Source of the DNA: Girardia tigrina
Lineage: Eukaryota
Direction of reading: 5' to 3'
NCBI GenBank assembly: GCA_001938485.1
Contig: MQRK01180300.1
Span: 9,983-73,982 of the forward strand
DNA: 64,000 nucleotides
The translations under genes and the position numbers were made by a program. Below are positions 62,700 through 64,000 of this stretch, one piece after another. Each line of letters begins with the position of its first letter. Position 1 is the first letter of the stretch. The notes below the pieces were generated by a model, which saw only the letters and a list, made by a program, of their open reading frames with translations, was not told where the DNA came from and made no database searches.

Positions 62700-63500
62700 A
62701 TTTAATTTAATTTTTTTAGATGTCTTTAAGGATAAAAAAATATACCTTTGGGAAAAATCGGTATAAGACAAGAGATAAGTCGAGGAATTCTTTCTTATTT
62801 TCATAAACCAAACCATGATTGAACCATATTCTAGCAAAACTTCTCCTAAATGCTTTTGATTATTATAATATGGTATTTTAATTATTTTTGATGTTCTTCA
62901 ATGTTTTCTGGCATCTTTCTCGTTTTCAAAAACTCCCTAATGGAACAATTCTTAATATTCTTGAATGATTTTCATTCTAATATTCAATTCTCTAAAGAAT
63001 CGAAAGTAAATAACAAACTTCCTTTTTTGACTTTCTCTTTGAATTGTACAGAAAGATGACAAATACAGATCTCTGTGTAAAACTCCATAGTTTTTTAAGT
63101 CAAGAAATAGAGGGGGTACTTTATAGGACTTAGTTTACAGAGTTTGGAACTTTTCTTATAATTTTGAAATTACAGATCATAGTTTAAATATTCTTAGAGG
63201 ACGCTTGAGGGACAACATTTGTACAATCAAACTAATAGATCGAAACTTTAAGTTTACATTGGACAAATATTACACAGAAACATGGGTTAGGAAATAATTA
63301 GGAAAGAAACAGTGAAGAGAGCAAACAAATATTTACAATACCTTATATCCAGAAGGATTTAAACATTTAGAAGAGTATTTGGGAGAATATCAGTACTCAA
63401 AAGATCAATTTCGTTAAAAAATTTAATTTGTTTCCTCAAAAATATAAAATTACCGTTCACAAGACTCATCAATATATATAAAAATTGAGTGTAAAAATAT
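62700..63500 (+). mobile_element. Penelope-like RT / GIY-YIG remnant
   Basis: FLNDFHSNIQFSKESKVNNKLPFL, FTIPYI and I.IEC motifs occur in PLE order; ends approximate. Confidence 0.7.
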
Positions 63501-64000
63501 AAAAAATAAATAACTGACATAAATTATTCCTAAATATGCGTGCTATTTGGTTAATTAAAATTAAAAGAATATTTCTCAACATTTGCCAAAAATTCTGTCG
63601 AATTTTCTTTTATAACTCAAAAAATTTAATAAACCACTTATTTATTTATAAGAAATTATTGAGGAAATTAAATTTCCCGAAAATATTACGTGATAAACTA
63701 TAATAAATTTGAAATTATTATGCAAAAAATAAATATTATTATTTAATATTTACATGAGTTTTATTTATAAATTTCATTTTATTTTATCTTTTACAATGGA
63801 TATTTATGTGCAATTTTTGAATTATTATTTCTAATTTCTTTGATTAATAGACAAATTTAAGTTTATTAAAATTTTACTTTCAAATCGTTATAAATTAAGA
63901 AAATGTATATCTTTTATTAAACAAAACTTAAAGGTAAATTATTTTGCTAATTAAACAAATTTATTTATTTTATGAAATTTATTTTTAATTTGTAATTTAA

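Noticed and set aside
1-64000. Alternative nuclear genetic code explaining the stop-riddled islands
   Set aside because: Ankyrin and TE ORFs read normally with standard stops; the interrupted regions also contain frameshifts.
1-64000. Minus-strand bias of TEs (uni-strand piRNA cluster)
   Set aside because: Only a modest excess (roughly 15 vs 10 by my count); not convincing without small-RNA data.
1-64000. rRNA, tRNA, snRNA, known miRNA, CRISPR arrays
   Set aside because: None recognised by eye; a covariance-model search would be needed to exclude divergent copies.

Overview
Very AT-rich eukaryotic genomic DNA with (TA)n microsatellites and five N-gaps. The host is probably a flatworm/planarian; this is inferred from the H2B remnant [14 protein letters not shown] and the transposon spectrum. 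The window is dominated by decayed transposons: hAT/Buster, several mariner/Tc1 lineages, Chapaev3, piggyBac-like and Tc1/pogo-like MITEs, Helitron-like ends, an RLE-type (NeSL/Utopia-like) non-LTR element, an RTE LINE, a short-LTR Gypsy derivative, and many Penelope-like (PLE) 3' ends. Only one convincing intact host ORF was found, an intronless ankyrin-repeat protein at 28684-29316; there are also H2B and serpin pseudogenes. The most notable signals are: (1) a 1169-bp TA-flanked element with perfect 25-bp TIRs whose transposase is replaced by a CpG/ATCGAT-rich cargo carrying an open 158-aa antisense ORF (22456-23624); (2) minimal hammerhead ribozymes at PLE ends, two apparently intact (2437-2479, 35474-35515), one in a fold-back PLE carrying a hammerhead on each strand; (3) unexplained CpG-rich, stop-riddled gene-like islands flanking promoter-like regions that contain an exact ERSE/UPRE (12142-12163) and a near-ERSE (1591-1609). 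No rRNA, tRNA or CRISPR features were recognised. All family assignments come from motif recognition by eye, not database searches.
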